DNA from: an uncultured Candidatus Saccharibacteria bacterium
Lineage (GTDB): Bacteria > Patescibacteriota > Saccharimonadia > Saccharimonadales > 2-12-FULL-41-12
Reading direction: 5' to 3'
NCBI GenBank assembly: GCA_964615775.1
Contig: CAZTQB010000004.1
Coordinates: 4,624-68,623 of the forward strand
DNA length: 64,000 bases
A program made the position numbers and the translations under genes. The notes beneath the pieces are model-generated. The model was not told the DNA's origin, did no database searches, and saw nothing but the letters and a program-made list of their open reading frames with translations. Positions 45,709 through 54,271 of the stretch are shown one piece after another. Within the stretch, counting starts at the first letter, position 1; every line of letters starts with the position of its first letter.

Positions 45709-46272
45709 ATGGCATTTGGGGTAACAGATCTTAAAAAAGGTACAATCTTTCAGCTTAATGGTATACCTTATAAAGTAGTTGAATATGCTCAAAAGGTAAT
45801 GGGGCGTGGTGGTTCGATTGTCAATGTAAAGATTAAGAGTTTGATCGATGGCAAGGTGCTAGATAAAACCTTTAAGGGTAATGACTCGATTGAACCGGCT
45901 GATGTTAGTAATTCTTCGGCTCAATATTTATATAACGATGGCCAAAAGTTTTACTTTATGGACGAAACTACTTTTGAGCAGCATGAGGTAGAGCTAGACT
46001 TGGTGGGCGGTAGTAGTGGCTTTATGAAAGAGGGTGACCGTGTGCAACTGCAGAAGTTTGACTCTAAGGTTATAAACGTAGAATTACCCAAAAACGTGTA
46101 CCTAAAGGTTGCATATACCGAAGACGCAGTTAAGGGTGACACTAGCTCGGCTATTACTAAAGATGCTACTTTAGAAACGGGTGCTAGTGTAAAAGTGCCG
46201 TCGTTTATTAAGACTGGCGACGTTATTTCTGTTGATACCAGTAGCGGGGAGTACAGAGAACGGAAAAAGTAA
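45709..46272 (+). CDS. efp: Elongation factor P (Arg at the loop-tip modification position)
   Basis: 187 aa with the three-domain EF-P pattern. The loop KVMGRGGS aligns with E. coli KPGKGQA, placing R33 (nt 45805-45807) at the K34 position. Confidence 0.93.
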   Translation: MAFGVTDLKKGTIFQLNGIPYKVVEYAQKVMGRGGSIVNVKIKSLIDGKVLDKTFKGNDSIEPADVSNSSAQYLYNDGQKFYFMDETTFEQHEVELDLVGGSSGFMKEGDRVQLQKFDSKVINVELPKNVYLKVAYTEDAVKGDTSSAITKDATLETGASVKVPSFIKTGDVISVDTSSGEYRERKK

Positions 46273-46275
46273 TAA

Positions 46276-46941
46276 ATGAGCGAACGCATATCTTGTAACG
46301 GGATAGATCTTGTGAGTGTTGGCTCTATGGCAACAATGCCAATACTAGAACCGGTGAGTAGTGGTATACCGAAAGGGCGAGGCTATTGCAGAATAATTGT
46401 ACCCGCACCAATTGTAAAAGGTACTCATGGGCTTGTTAAATCAGATGAGTACACTTGTACGGTTGCAGACTCGCCACCATACATACCTATAACTTCGCCT
46501 TTGTACAGTACTGCTTCTATTGAATGGGCAAAAGAAAAATGTGAGGAGCTTGCAAAAACTAATCCAAATATTTTGCTTGAAAGTCTAACTTACTCGCTGA
46601 GTTCGAGAGGGTTTGTTTTACGCATGTCTTCTGGGAGACGAGCGGTTAATCCTTCGCATAATATTAAGTCATCTTATAGACATAACCAGAATCATTCGCT
46701 ATCACGGATAATCAAGACTACAAATGCTGAGGCTTCAGAAAACGGTATAGAATACTCAAGACTCACTGAGTATTTAGGTGAGCTGGGCTGTATGTCATTT
46801 TCTGAAAAAGACTATGATGTAATACTAAAAAATAGGCCAGAAATTAAGACTGGTATTGGTGCATTTGCTGTGGCTGTGGTTGATGAAATTGGCTGGATGC
46901 GACTTGATCAAGTAAATAGTATTTTAACTGGAGATAGATGA
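46276..46941 (+). CDS. Hypothetical protein (221 aa), tightly packed between efp and tlyA
   Basis: Starts 3 nt after the efp stop. Its stop overlaps the tlyA start (ATGA at 46938-46941). No recognisable family motif. Confidence 0.55.
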   Translation: MSERISCNGIDLVSVGSMATMPILEPVSSGIPKGRGYCRIIVPAPIVKGTHGLVKSDEYTCTVADSPPYIPITSPLYSTASIEWAKEKCEELAKTNPNILLESLTYSLSSRGFVLRMSSGRRAVNPSHNIKSSYRHNQNHSLSRIIKTTNAEASENGIEYSRLTEYLGELGCMSFSEKDYDVILKNRPEIKTGIGAFAVAVVDEIGWMRLDQVNSILTGDR

Positions 46942-47651
46942 GGCTGGATAAATATTTAGCTAGTAAAAAAATAGTTTTTTCGCGGTCTCAGGCGGAAAGC
47001 TATATTCGTATGGGTAAAGTTTACGTCAATGGTGAGCAAATTAGTAAGCCGGGCTATTTGGTAGCGGAAGGCTCGATAGTTCAGCTAAAGACAAATGTTC
47101 AGTATGTATCGAGAGCAGCCTATAAGCTAGAGTCAGTAGTCAGCAGTTTAAAGGTATATTTTACAGACAAAACGGTTTTAGATGTTGGTAGCAGTACTGG
47201 TGGATTTACGGATTTTGCCCTAAAGCATGGAGCAAAGAAAGTAGTAGCTGTAGAGGTGGGAACAAATCAGTTGCATTATAGCTTGAGAGATGAGCCAAAG
47301 ATTGAACTTTACGAGCAAACCGACATAAGGTCAATAAAGAAGCTAAAGTCTGTACCGGATGTAGTAGTGATTGATGTAAGCTTTATTTCTTTGAGGGAAA
47401 TTTTGCCTAGTGTAGCAAAATTAGTAAATAAGAGAACTGAAATTCTAGCTATGGTTAAGCCGCAGTTTGAATCAAAAGAGCTGTCGCAAAAGCATAAAGG
47501 TGTCATAAAAAATGAGACCGAGCGTAGAAAAATTTTTAAAGATTTTGAGATATGGACCAAGCAAAACTTTTTTATTCAAGCCAAGCAAGACAGTAGTGTG
47601 GCCGGCGAAAAAGGCAATAAAGAGCGATTTTATTTGCTAAGGAAGCTATAA
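46938..47651 (+). CDS. tlyA: TlyA-family rRNA 2'-O-methyltransferase (S4 plus FtsJ-like domains)
   Basis: MRLDKYLASKKIVFSRSQAESYIRMGKVYVNGE (S4 domain) and VLDVGSSTGGFTDFAL (SAM-binding motif). Confidence 0.9.
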   Translation: MRLDKYLASKKIVFSRSQAESYIRMGKVYVNGEQISKPGYLVAEGSIVQLKTNVQYVSRAAYKLESVVSSLKVYFTDKTVLDVGSSTGGFTDFALKHGAKKVVAVEVGTNQLHYSLRDEPKIELYEQTDIRSIKKLKSVPDVVVIDVSFISLREILPSVAKLVNKRTEILAMVKPQFESKELSQKHKGVIKNETERRKIFKDFEIWTKQNFFIQAKQDSSVAGEKGNKERFYLLRKL

Positions 47652-47662
47652 TCTAAGGGATA

Positions 47663-48331
47663 ATGAACTATTTGTCATCACGATCGCAAGCTGGAATTTT
47701 GTTAGCTAACGAGCTAGATAAGCTTAAGAACCAGCTTGTGGCTGTTGTGGCTCTAAGTGAAGGTGGAGTGTTGGTTGGGGCAGAGATTGCAAGGCGACTA
47801 CACACTAGTTTGTTTATTTTGGCGACTCAGCATGCTGAAAAAAATAATGAAAATGCCATGACTGCTTTATCGGCAAATGGTGTATTTTCGTATAATACTT
47901 TTAATTCGTTGGGTGAACTAGAAGAAGACGCTTTTGCCAGTAAGCTTTTAAGCAGTACGCGAAGCATGATTGAGTATCAGAAGCTTAATAGTGTAGCTGG
48001 CAAAGATGGTTTTATCCCCAAAGCCTTACTAAAGCGACATACAGTCATTTTAGTAAGTGATGGTTTAAAAACTGCTTTGTCGTTGCAAGTTGCTGTAAAT
48101 TTTATGCGAGATATCGAGATTAAGAGATTAATCATAGCTACACCAATTGCCTCACTGGAGGCGGTAGATAGAATGCATATGTTGGTTGATCAAATTTTTT
48201 GTCTGAGGGTAGCCGAGAACTATATCTCAACCGAACATTATTATGACAATAATAACATTCCAGATGACAAAACAGTGGTAGAAATAATGAAAAATATTGT
48301 ACTCAACTGGCAAGCAACTGGGGCAAAATAG
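47663..48331 (+). CDS. Predicted phosphoribosyltransferase-like protein (COG1926-like) with a degenerate PRPP loop
   Basis: VVALSEGGVLVGAEIARRL and HTVILVSDGLKTALSL, compared with the typical VIVVDDGIATGAT. Confidence 0.5.
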   Translation: MNYLSSRSQAGILLANELDKLKNQLVAVVALSEGGVLVGAEIARRLHTSLFILATQHAEKNNENAMTALSANGVFSYNTFNSLGELEEDAFASKLLSSTRSMIEYQKLNSVAGKDGFIPKALLKRHTVILVSDGLKTALSLQVAVNFMRDIEIKRLIIATPIASLEAVDRMHMLVDQIFCLRVAENYISTEHYYDNNNIPDDKTVVEIMKNIVLNWQATGAK

Positions 48332-48470
48332 ACTGCGAATAACTTGAGGCAGATTCTTTTGCCTAGCATAAATGATGTATGCTAAGTTAAGTGTGTAAAC
48401 AAAAAGGTTTGAAAATAAAATAAATTTTCAATACCAAAACCGCAATTAAAATAATAAAAGAAAGATAAAA

Positions 48471-49430
48471 ATGTTAAACAGAAACAAAAGCATTTTTCGT
48501 GGCCAAAAAGTATCTTATTATGAACATACATCTGGGATTATAAATACTAAGAAACCACTACTAAAATCCGCTATATTACCAGTTTTTGCACTCGCATGTT
48601 TGGTTGGTATCGGCGGATTTTTTAGTTATCAAAATGTCTTTAACAAACCTATACAAGTATCACAAAATGCTACACCAATTAGTGCCGTAGAGCCAGCTAG
48701 CAAGCCAGAAATCATAACTGAGCAAAAAACTACTAAACCGTATGAAGATAAGAACTTAACTACTAGTTTGCGTTCGGTTGTTGCACGCAATGGTGGCCAA
48801 GGTGAGTATTCAATAGTAGTTAGAGATCTGAATTCTGGTCGTTCGGTTAACATTGAGTCTAGTCAAAAAATGCCAGCCGGCGAACTGTACAAATTATTTT
48901 TACTACCAAGCCTTGAAAGAAAAACTGATGCCGTTGAGTGGAACAAATGGTTAAATGGCAAGAACAATATCGGCAACTGTGTTAAAGAGATGGTCCGGTC
49001 TGTAGAGAATCGCTGTGGCGAGGCTGTGGCTAAGTATATAGATATTAAAACGGTTGATGGCTACAATAAGAACTTAGGACTTAATTCTACACATATAGAA
49101 GACATAGAAAAATCAACTACAACTGCTCAAGACGTTAGTGAAGTAATTTATAGATTACAGACTTCTCAGTTATTAAGCGATAAAGGTCGACGAACATTTT
49201 TTGATGGCTTTTATGAACAAAAAAATCGTAAAGGTATACCAATCGGTTGCGGTAGTACGTGCTTAGTGGGTAACAAGACTAGCGAACAAGGTGATTATCG
49301 CTACGACGCTGCCGTAGTTACGAGCGGTAAAACTAAGTATGTATTAGTGATTATGAGTAAAGGCTCTAACTGGCAGTTGATTGGTGATATCACTAAAGGG
49401 ATTGATTATCACATGAAGCATGTTGATTGA
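48471..49430 (+). CDS. Secreted class-A beta-lactamase-like (serine hydrolase fold) protein with an altered SxxK motif
   Basis: N-terminal TM/signal. EYSIVVRDLNSGRSV...MPAGELYKL (expected A-S-x-x-K), RSVENRCGE (SDN-like) and GNKTSEQ (KTG-like). Confidence 0.4.
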   Translation: MLNRNKSIFRGQKVSYYEHTSGIINTKKPLLKSAILPVFALACLVGIGGFFSYQNVFNKPIQVSQNATPISAVEPASKPEIITEQKTTKPYEDKNLTTSLRSVVARNGGQGEYSIVVRDLNSGRSVNIESSQKMPAGELYKLFLLPSLERKTDAVEWNKWLNGKNNIGNCVKEMVRSVENRCGEAVAKYIDIKTVDGYNKNLGLNSTHIEDIEKSTTTAQDVSEVIYRLQTSQLLSDKGRRTFFDGFYEQKNRKGIPIGCGSTCLVGNKTSEQGDYRYDAAVVTSGKTKYVLVIMSKGSNWQLIGDITKGIDYHMKHVD

Positions 49431-49445
49431 TCTAGGATTTCTTAT

Positions 49446-50216
49446 TTAAGAACGTAGTTTGTAGCCTTTATTAAAGAGTATGTAGTTTATGTAGAATAGT
49501 GCAAGCCCAGCTAGACCAACTACTAGTATGGCGGTTGTCATATGAATGTCGGCTTTACCTAACATAGAATAGCGAACCATGTTGATCATGTAGTAGATTG
49601 GGTCAAATTTGGTGAGTGTAGCAAAAAGTGGCGGTAATAAAGATGCAGAATAAAAAACACCGCCAAGAAAAATAAGGGGCTGCAAAATAAAAGTTTGATA
49701 CAGGCTCAAATCGTCGAATTTTTCACTCCTTAAGCCTACAAACACACCTAACATGGCAAAGAAAAAGCCGATTAGAGCAAGACTTAGTATGAATAGTATA
49801 GGGTGAACCAATGGCAAGTCCTTAATCATTATGTAAGATGTGGCCATAATAATAGAAGCGATAACTGAAGCCCGCACAATACCGCCTAGTGCGTAGGCCA
49901 TAAATAGCGATGTGTTGCCAACGGGTGAGGTAAGTTGATCGTCAATTGAGCGTTGAATTTTTTGCTGCATGATAGAAGATGCATTGTTAGAGAAGACGTT
50001 CATAGCAAAGCTCATCATCAAAAGTCCCGGGATAATATAAACAATATAAGGGTGTCCGTCTAACGAGTTAATGCGTGAGCCTAAGGCTGCACCGAAGATA
50101 CCTATATATAAAGCTGTTTCTAGTAGCGGTCCAAGGATTGTTTGGCGTTTAATACTCCAAAAGCGAGCCAACTCGCGGCGTAGTACAGTCCAAAAGGGCA
50201 TAAGATCGTAGTTCAA
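49446..50216 (-). CDS. ABC-2 type transporter permease
   Basis: 256 aa, about 6 TM helices, and a typical ABC-2 architecture. Its start overlaps the stop of the upstream ATPase gene by 4 nt. Confidence 0.85.
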   Translation of the reverse strand: MNYDLMPFWTVLRRELARFWSIKRQTILGPLLETALYIGIFGAALGSRINSLDGHPYIVYIIPGLLMMSFAMNVFSNNASSIMQQKIQRSIDDQLTSPVGNTSLFMAYALGGIVRASVIASIIMATSYIMIKDLPLVHPILFILSLALIGFFFAMLGVFVGLRSEKFDDLSLYQTFILQPLIFLGGVFYSASLLPPLFATLTKFDPIYYMINMVRYSMLGKADIHMTTAILVVGLAGLALFYINYILFNKGYKLRS

Positions 50217-50989
50217 TTTGTACTCCTTGTAAGCTCGCCTCGTCCAACTAGCTCTAAATAGACATCTTCTAGAGTCTTTTTATGGTAAGCTTTTTTTAAT
50301 TCTGCAGATGTACCGGTTTTGACGATCTGGCCTTTGTTGATTAAGGCAATCTGGTCGCATAATTGTTCGGCTTCTTCTATATAGTGAGTAGTAAGCAGTA
50401 CTGATGTGCCGCTTTTGTTGATTTGGGCAATATACTTCCACAGTTCTAAGCGTAATTCTACGTCTACACCGGCAGTGGGTTCATCTAATATCAGTAAGTC
50501 AGGATTGTGCATTAAGGCTCTAGCTATTACTAACCGTCGTTTCATACCTCCAGATAACATACGAGTATTAGTCTTGGACTTATCTTTTAACGAAAAGATC
50601 TCAAGTAACTCTTGGATGCGAACTTTTCGCTCATGTTTTGGCATACTAAAGTATCCGCCGTGATAATCAAGTGTCTCTTCTACGGACAGAAACCAATCTA
50701 GGTTTACGTCTTGTGGAGCAAAACCGATGCGTGAACGAGCTTGCTTGTAGTCCTTAACTACATCGTAGCCAAAAATATATGCCTCGCCAGAAGTTGGTCT
50801 AGATAAGCCAACTAGGCTGTGAATAAGAGTAGATTTACCGGCTCCGTTAGGTCCGAGTAGACCAAAAAATGAACCTTTTTTGATCTGTAAGTTTACATTC
50901 TCTAGAGCCTTTGTGCCATCAGCATAAATCTTGCCTAATTTTTGGGCATCGAGAGCTAGACTTTTAGAATCTTTGGTGTTATTTCCCAT
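50213..50989 (-). CDS. ABC transporter ATP-binding protein
   Basis: Walker A GPNGAGKST, signature LSGGMKRR, and Walker B LLILDEPT. Confidence 0.95.
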   Translation of the reverse strand: MGNNTKDSKSLALDAQKLGKIYADGTKALENVNLQIKKGSFFGLLGPNGAGKSTLIHSLVGLSRPTSGEAYIFGYDVVKDYKQARSRIGFAPQDVNLDWFLSVEETLDYHGGYFSMPKHERKVRIQELLEIFSLKDKSKTNTRMLSGGMKRRLVIARALMHNPDLLILDEPTAGVDVELRLELWKYIAQINKSGTSVLLTTHYIEEAEQLCDQIALINKGQIVKTGTSAELKKAYHKKTLEDVYLELVGRGELTRSTN

Positions 50990-51015
50990 AGCTTTTCTAT
51001 TTTATACCAAAGTGG

Positions 51016-52101
51016 TCATACATTAAACCTAAACTCTACAACATCGCCTTCTTGCATGATGTAAGTTTTACCTTCGGTGCGGATTTTGCCTAGTGATCTG
51101 GCGGCTTGTTCGGAGCCAGCAGCCACTAAATCGTCGTAATTTATTATTTGAGCGGCGATGAAGCCTCGCTCGAAGTCAGTATGAATTACACCGGCTGCTT
51201 GTGGGGCAGTGTAGCCTTTATGTATTGTCCAGGCTCTAACTTCTTTTTCACCAGCGGTTAGATAACTTTGAAGCCCTAATATATCATAGGCAGAGTGGAC
51301 TAGTTGGTTTAAGCCAGACTCTTTTACGTCGTAGGTGTCTAGTAGCTCCTCGGCTTCATCTGGGTTTAGACCAGCCAGCTCGCTTTCTAGTTTGGCACAG
51401 ACAAACATTGCTTTTGCATCACCGACCATTTGAATCAACTCTTTCTGGCGAGATTGATTACTTAAGGTAGCTTCATCGATATTAAACAAATAAATCATCG
51501 GCTTGGCAGTCAGTAGGTGAAGATCGGCCAAAATTTCTAGGTCAAGCTGAGAATGGTTGTGGTAGATAGGCTGGTTATTGTCTAAAATTTCTTTGGCTTT
51601 ATGCAGGTTGTCGAGGATTGGACGCAGCTTTGGGTTGGCTCTAACTTCTTTTTCGGTGCGTGGCATGCGTTTCTCGACTGTTTGTAAATCAGCTAGAATC
51701 AGCTCTGTGTTGATTATATCGATATCTTTTTTGGGGTTTATTTGGTTATCGACATGCACTACGTCATCATCTTCAAAGGCTCTGACTACCTGGCAAACTG
51801 CACTACAGCTGCGTATATGGCTCAAAAATTGGTTGCCAAGACCTTCGCCATTACTAGCACCTGCCACCAAACCAGCTACATCTACAAAGGTGACAGTAGC
51901 CGGGATAATTTTGTTAGATTTATATATATCCGCTAGTTTGGCTAGCCTAGAGTCGGGTACTGGAACAATCCCAGTATTTGGCTCGATAGTAGCAAAAGGG
52001 TAGTTAGCCGCTAAAATACTACTTCCGGTTAGTGCGTTGAACAGAGTGCTTTTGCCCACGTTAGGTAGACCAACAATTGCAATACCTAACATTTTGACCA
52101 A
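51016..52101 (-). CDS. ychF: Ribosome-binding ATPase YchF (Obg family)
   Basis: GIAIVGLPNVGKSTLFNALT G1 motif and a C-terminal TGS-like region (VEFRFNV end). The more likely start is ATG 52092; TTG 52101 opens the ORF. Confidence 0.95.
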   Translation of the reverse strand: MVKMLGIAIVGLPNVGKSTLFNALTGSSILAANYPFATIEPNTGIVPVPDSRLAKLADIYKSNKIIPATVTFVDVAGLVAGASNGEGLGNQFLSHIRSCSAVCQVVRAFEDDDVVHVDNQINPKKDIDIINTELILADLQTVEKRMPRTEKEVRANPKLRPILDNLHKAKEILDNNQPIYHNHSQLDLEILADLHLLTAKPMIYLFNIDEATLSNQSRQKELIQMVGDAKAMFVCAKLESELAGLNPDEAEELLDTYDVKESGLNQLVHSAYDILGLQSYLTAGEKEVRAWTIHKGYTAPQAAGVIHTDFERGFIAAQIINYDDLVAAGSEQAARSLGKIRTEGKTYIMQEGDVVEFRFNV

Positions 52102-52324
52102 CTTTGCTCGATGGTGACACTATGGTATTTACTTACTTTTGACATATTTTGTCTTACTCCTTAGATTGTATTTTACCAAGTATCTCTTCGTCAGTAAAAG
52201 TATCTATGACAGAATCAATACATGTAGCGTGATAAAAATCACACACTACACTATTTATGCTTGCAATATTATAAAAACAGTGTTATATATTAGGCGTAAA
52301 TTTTATAAATTGTGAGGACATTTT

Positions 52325-53581
52325 ATGATAAGAAACGAAAACGGTGAAGCATTATTTACTAACCCATCAACCAACATGGGTCTAGGAGAACTGCCCGCAG
52401 TCGAATCCTCATTTTCTACCAGAGAATTGGCTGCTGCAATAGCAGGAGTAGTTGCGTTAGGCTTAACGTCTGGAGTAAGTCTTGCCCAACCAGAAAAAGC
52501 AACTGCAGCAACTGATCCTAAATTTTTAAAATGCTTTAATTATGCGTCTTATGGCTATAGAAATATAATACCTCCTGTATCTCGTCCGTCATTTCCTCGA
52601 GTAGACGGAGTAGAGGCAGGAATTTATTCTAGACTTAGAGACCCGTTTGGTATGGACGGCAATAATATCATGATTGCTGGTGATGAGTTCGGGTCAAATA
52701 AAGGCAGGGTATTGGATTGGACTTGTGATAATACTGATCAAAGAGGCTATCCGGAAGGAAGTCACTTGTTGTTTGATATTGAGCAATATGGCACAGATCT
52801 AGCACCACGAACGGTAAAGTTATCCTTCGGAAATCCTAATCTTTCATTTGTAAGAGCAAATATGCTAGATGACTACTACCGCAATCTAGAATGTGTTGAC
52901 GGTGCAGAGTCTGCTGGTCAAAAAATCTGTACCCTTCCTGTTATGACTCAAGGGCAAGTTGGTTCATTGGTTGTCTGGGTTAGTTCCCGAGATGCGATAA
53001 CAGATTATTCTACCATTACGGCTCAACTTGGTGAGCCGGATTTAAATCCTTCTAACGATTCTACAGTTTCAAAGATTACAATTCATGGTGTGGCGAATCC
53101 ATTTGATCATAGTTTTCGAAATACCGGTTCTAATCCGAAGGTAACTATATCTACTCCAGGTAAGAATTTTAGCACTGGTGTCGTTGATAAACGAAAATGT
53201 GCCACACCACCAAGAATTACGCTTAAGCCTAACGCTAACGGTCAGGCTTACTCTGTTCAGGTTAGGCCATCAAAGGGTCAGACCATTCTACCTAATGGAA
53301 ATGGTGCATCATCTAAAGCTTCTGCAAGGGCAAAAGCCGCTAGACTAATTGCTAGTTTGCCAGGTGGTGCAGTCATTACTAGTAAAATACCTAATTCATC
53401 AAAAAAAATCGGTTCGAAAATCTACTTTGACACAAAAGATAAGATATCCAATAGACACCCATGGAATTTAAAGATACCTATTAAAAAGACAAATAAAAGG
53501 TGGTCTGTTATTTTCTATGCTCCAAAAGGTACAGTTAGTGAATGTGGCAGCCAATCTTTATATACGAAATCAAAAAAATAG
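52325..53581 (+). CDS. Hypothetical secreted or surface protein with a CARDB/DUF11-like segment
   Basis: The hydrophobic segment LAAAIAGVVALGLTSGVSLAQPEKATAA looks like a signal peptide. GSLVVWVSSRD...GEPDLNPSNDSTVSKITI resembles CARDB/DUF11 strands. SD GAGGA. Confidence 0.6.
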   Translation: MIRNENGEALFTNPSTNMGLGELPAVESSFSTRELAAAIAGVVALGLTSGVSLAQPEKATAATDPKFLKCFNYASYGYRNIIPPVSRPSFPRVDGVEAGIYSRLRDPFGMDGNNIMIAGDEFGSNKGRVLDWTCDNTDQRGYPEGSHLLFDIEQYGTDLAPRTVKLSFGNPNLSFVRANMLDDYYRNLECVDGAESAGQKICTLPVMTQGQVGSLVVWVSSRDAITDYSTITAQLGEPDLNPSNDSTVSKITIHGVANPFDHSFRNTGSNPKVTISTPGKNFSTGVVDKRKCATPPRITLKPNANGQAYSVQVRPSKGQTILPNGNGASSKASARAKAARLIASLPGGAVITSKIPNSSKKIGSKIYFDTKDKISNRHPWNLKIPIKKTNKRWSVIFYAPKGTVSECGSQSLYTKSKK

Positions 53582-53677
53582 CTTTTGCGTATATTAATTA
53601 AATACTTGCAATGCTGCTTAGGAAAGTCGTAAAATAAACCTAGATAAGCGTAAGTAGGATAGCGGTGGAGTAGTTAG

Positions 53678-54271
53678 ATGTCTAATACATCAAACCAAGA
53701 TTTAGGTAAGAATACAAAAAAGAAAGAGCTGCTAAGTATAAAGCCAGATTATTATAATGTACCTAGAAGATCTAATGTCTTAAAAGTACTTATATTTATT
53801 GCTGTATGTGTTGTTTTGTTAGCTATGGTACCAATTTTTCTTAATTATAAGAATAATCACAAGAAGACTGAATCAAAAAATCCGATATCCACTAAGTCAG
53901 AGCAAGTTACTCCAGGACCTCTTAGTGGCAGTGAGTATGAAAAGATGTTATCCCAAAAGGCAGATAAGTCTCTAGCAGACAATGATCTAGATCAAGTTTT
54001 TTTAGTATGTGAAGTTATATCTTCTAGCTACATGGCTTCGCAAAAATATCAAGATGCAAAACGATCAATAGATGAATGTACTTCCAGAGTTAAAGACCAA
54101 TCAAAGATACCTTGGTTTATATATAAAGATAAAGCGTATATTGACCTTAGATTGCAGGACAAAAATTCTGCAAAGATAAATTTTCAAGCAGCGATAGATA
54201 AGTATAAGGATACTGCTAATCAACCAAAAGATTCTCTTGAAAACTTAAAACAGGAAGTTGGCAAACTATGA
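53678..54271 (+). CDS. Hypothetical bitopic membrane protein with a helical, TPR-like ectodomain
   Basis: TM is VLKVLIFIAVCVVLLAMVPIFL. The stop overlaps the start of the next gene (ATGA). SD GGTGGAG. Confidence 0.55.
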   Translation: MSNTSNQDLGKNTKKKELLSIKPDYYNVPRRSNVLKVLIFIAVCVVLLAMVPIFLNYKNNHKKTESKNPISTKSEQVTPGPLSGSEYEKMLSQKADKSLADNDLDQVFLVCEVISSSYMASQKYQDAKRSIDECTSRVKDQSKIPWFIYKDKAYIDLRLQDKNSAKINFQAAIDKYKDTANQPKDSLENLKQEVGKL

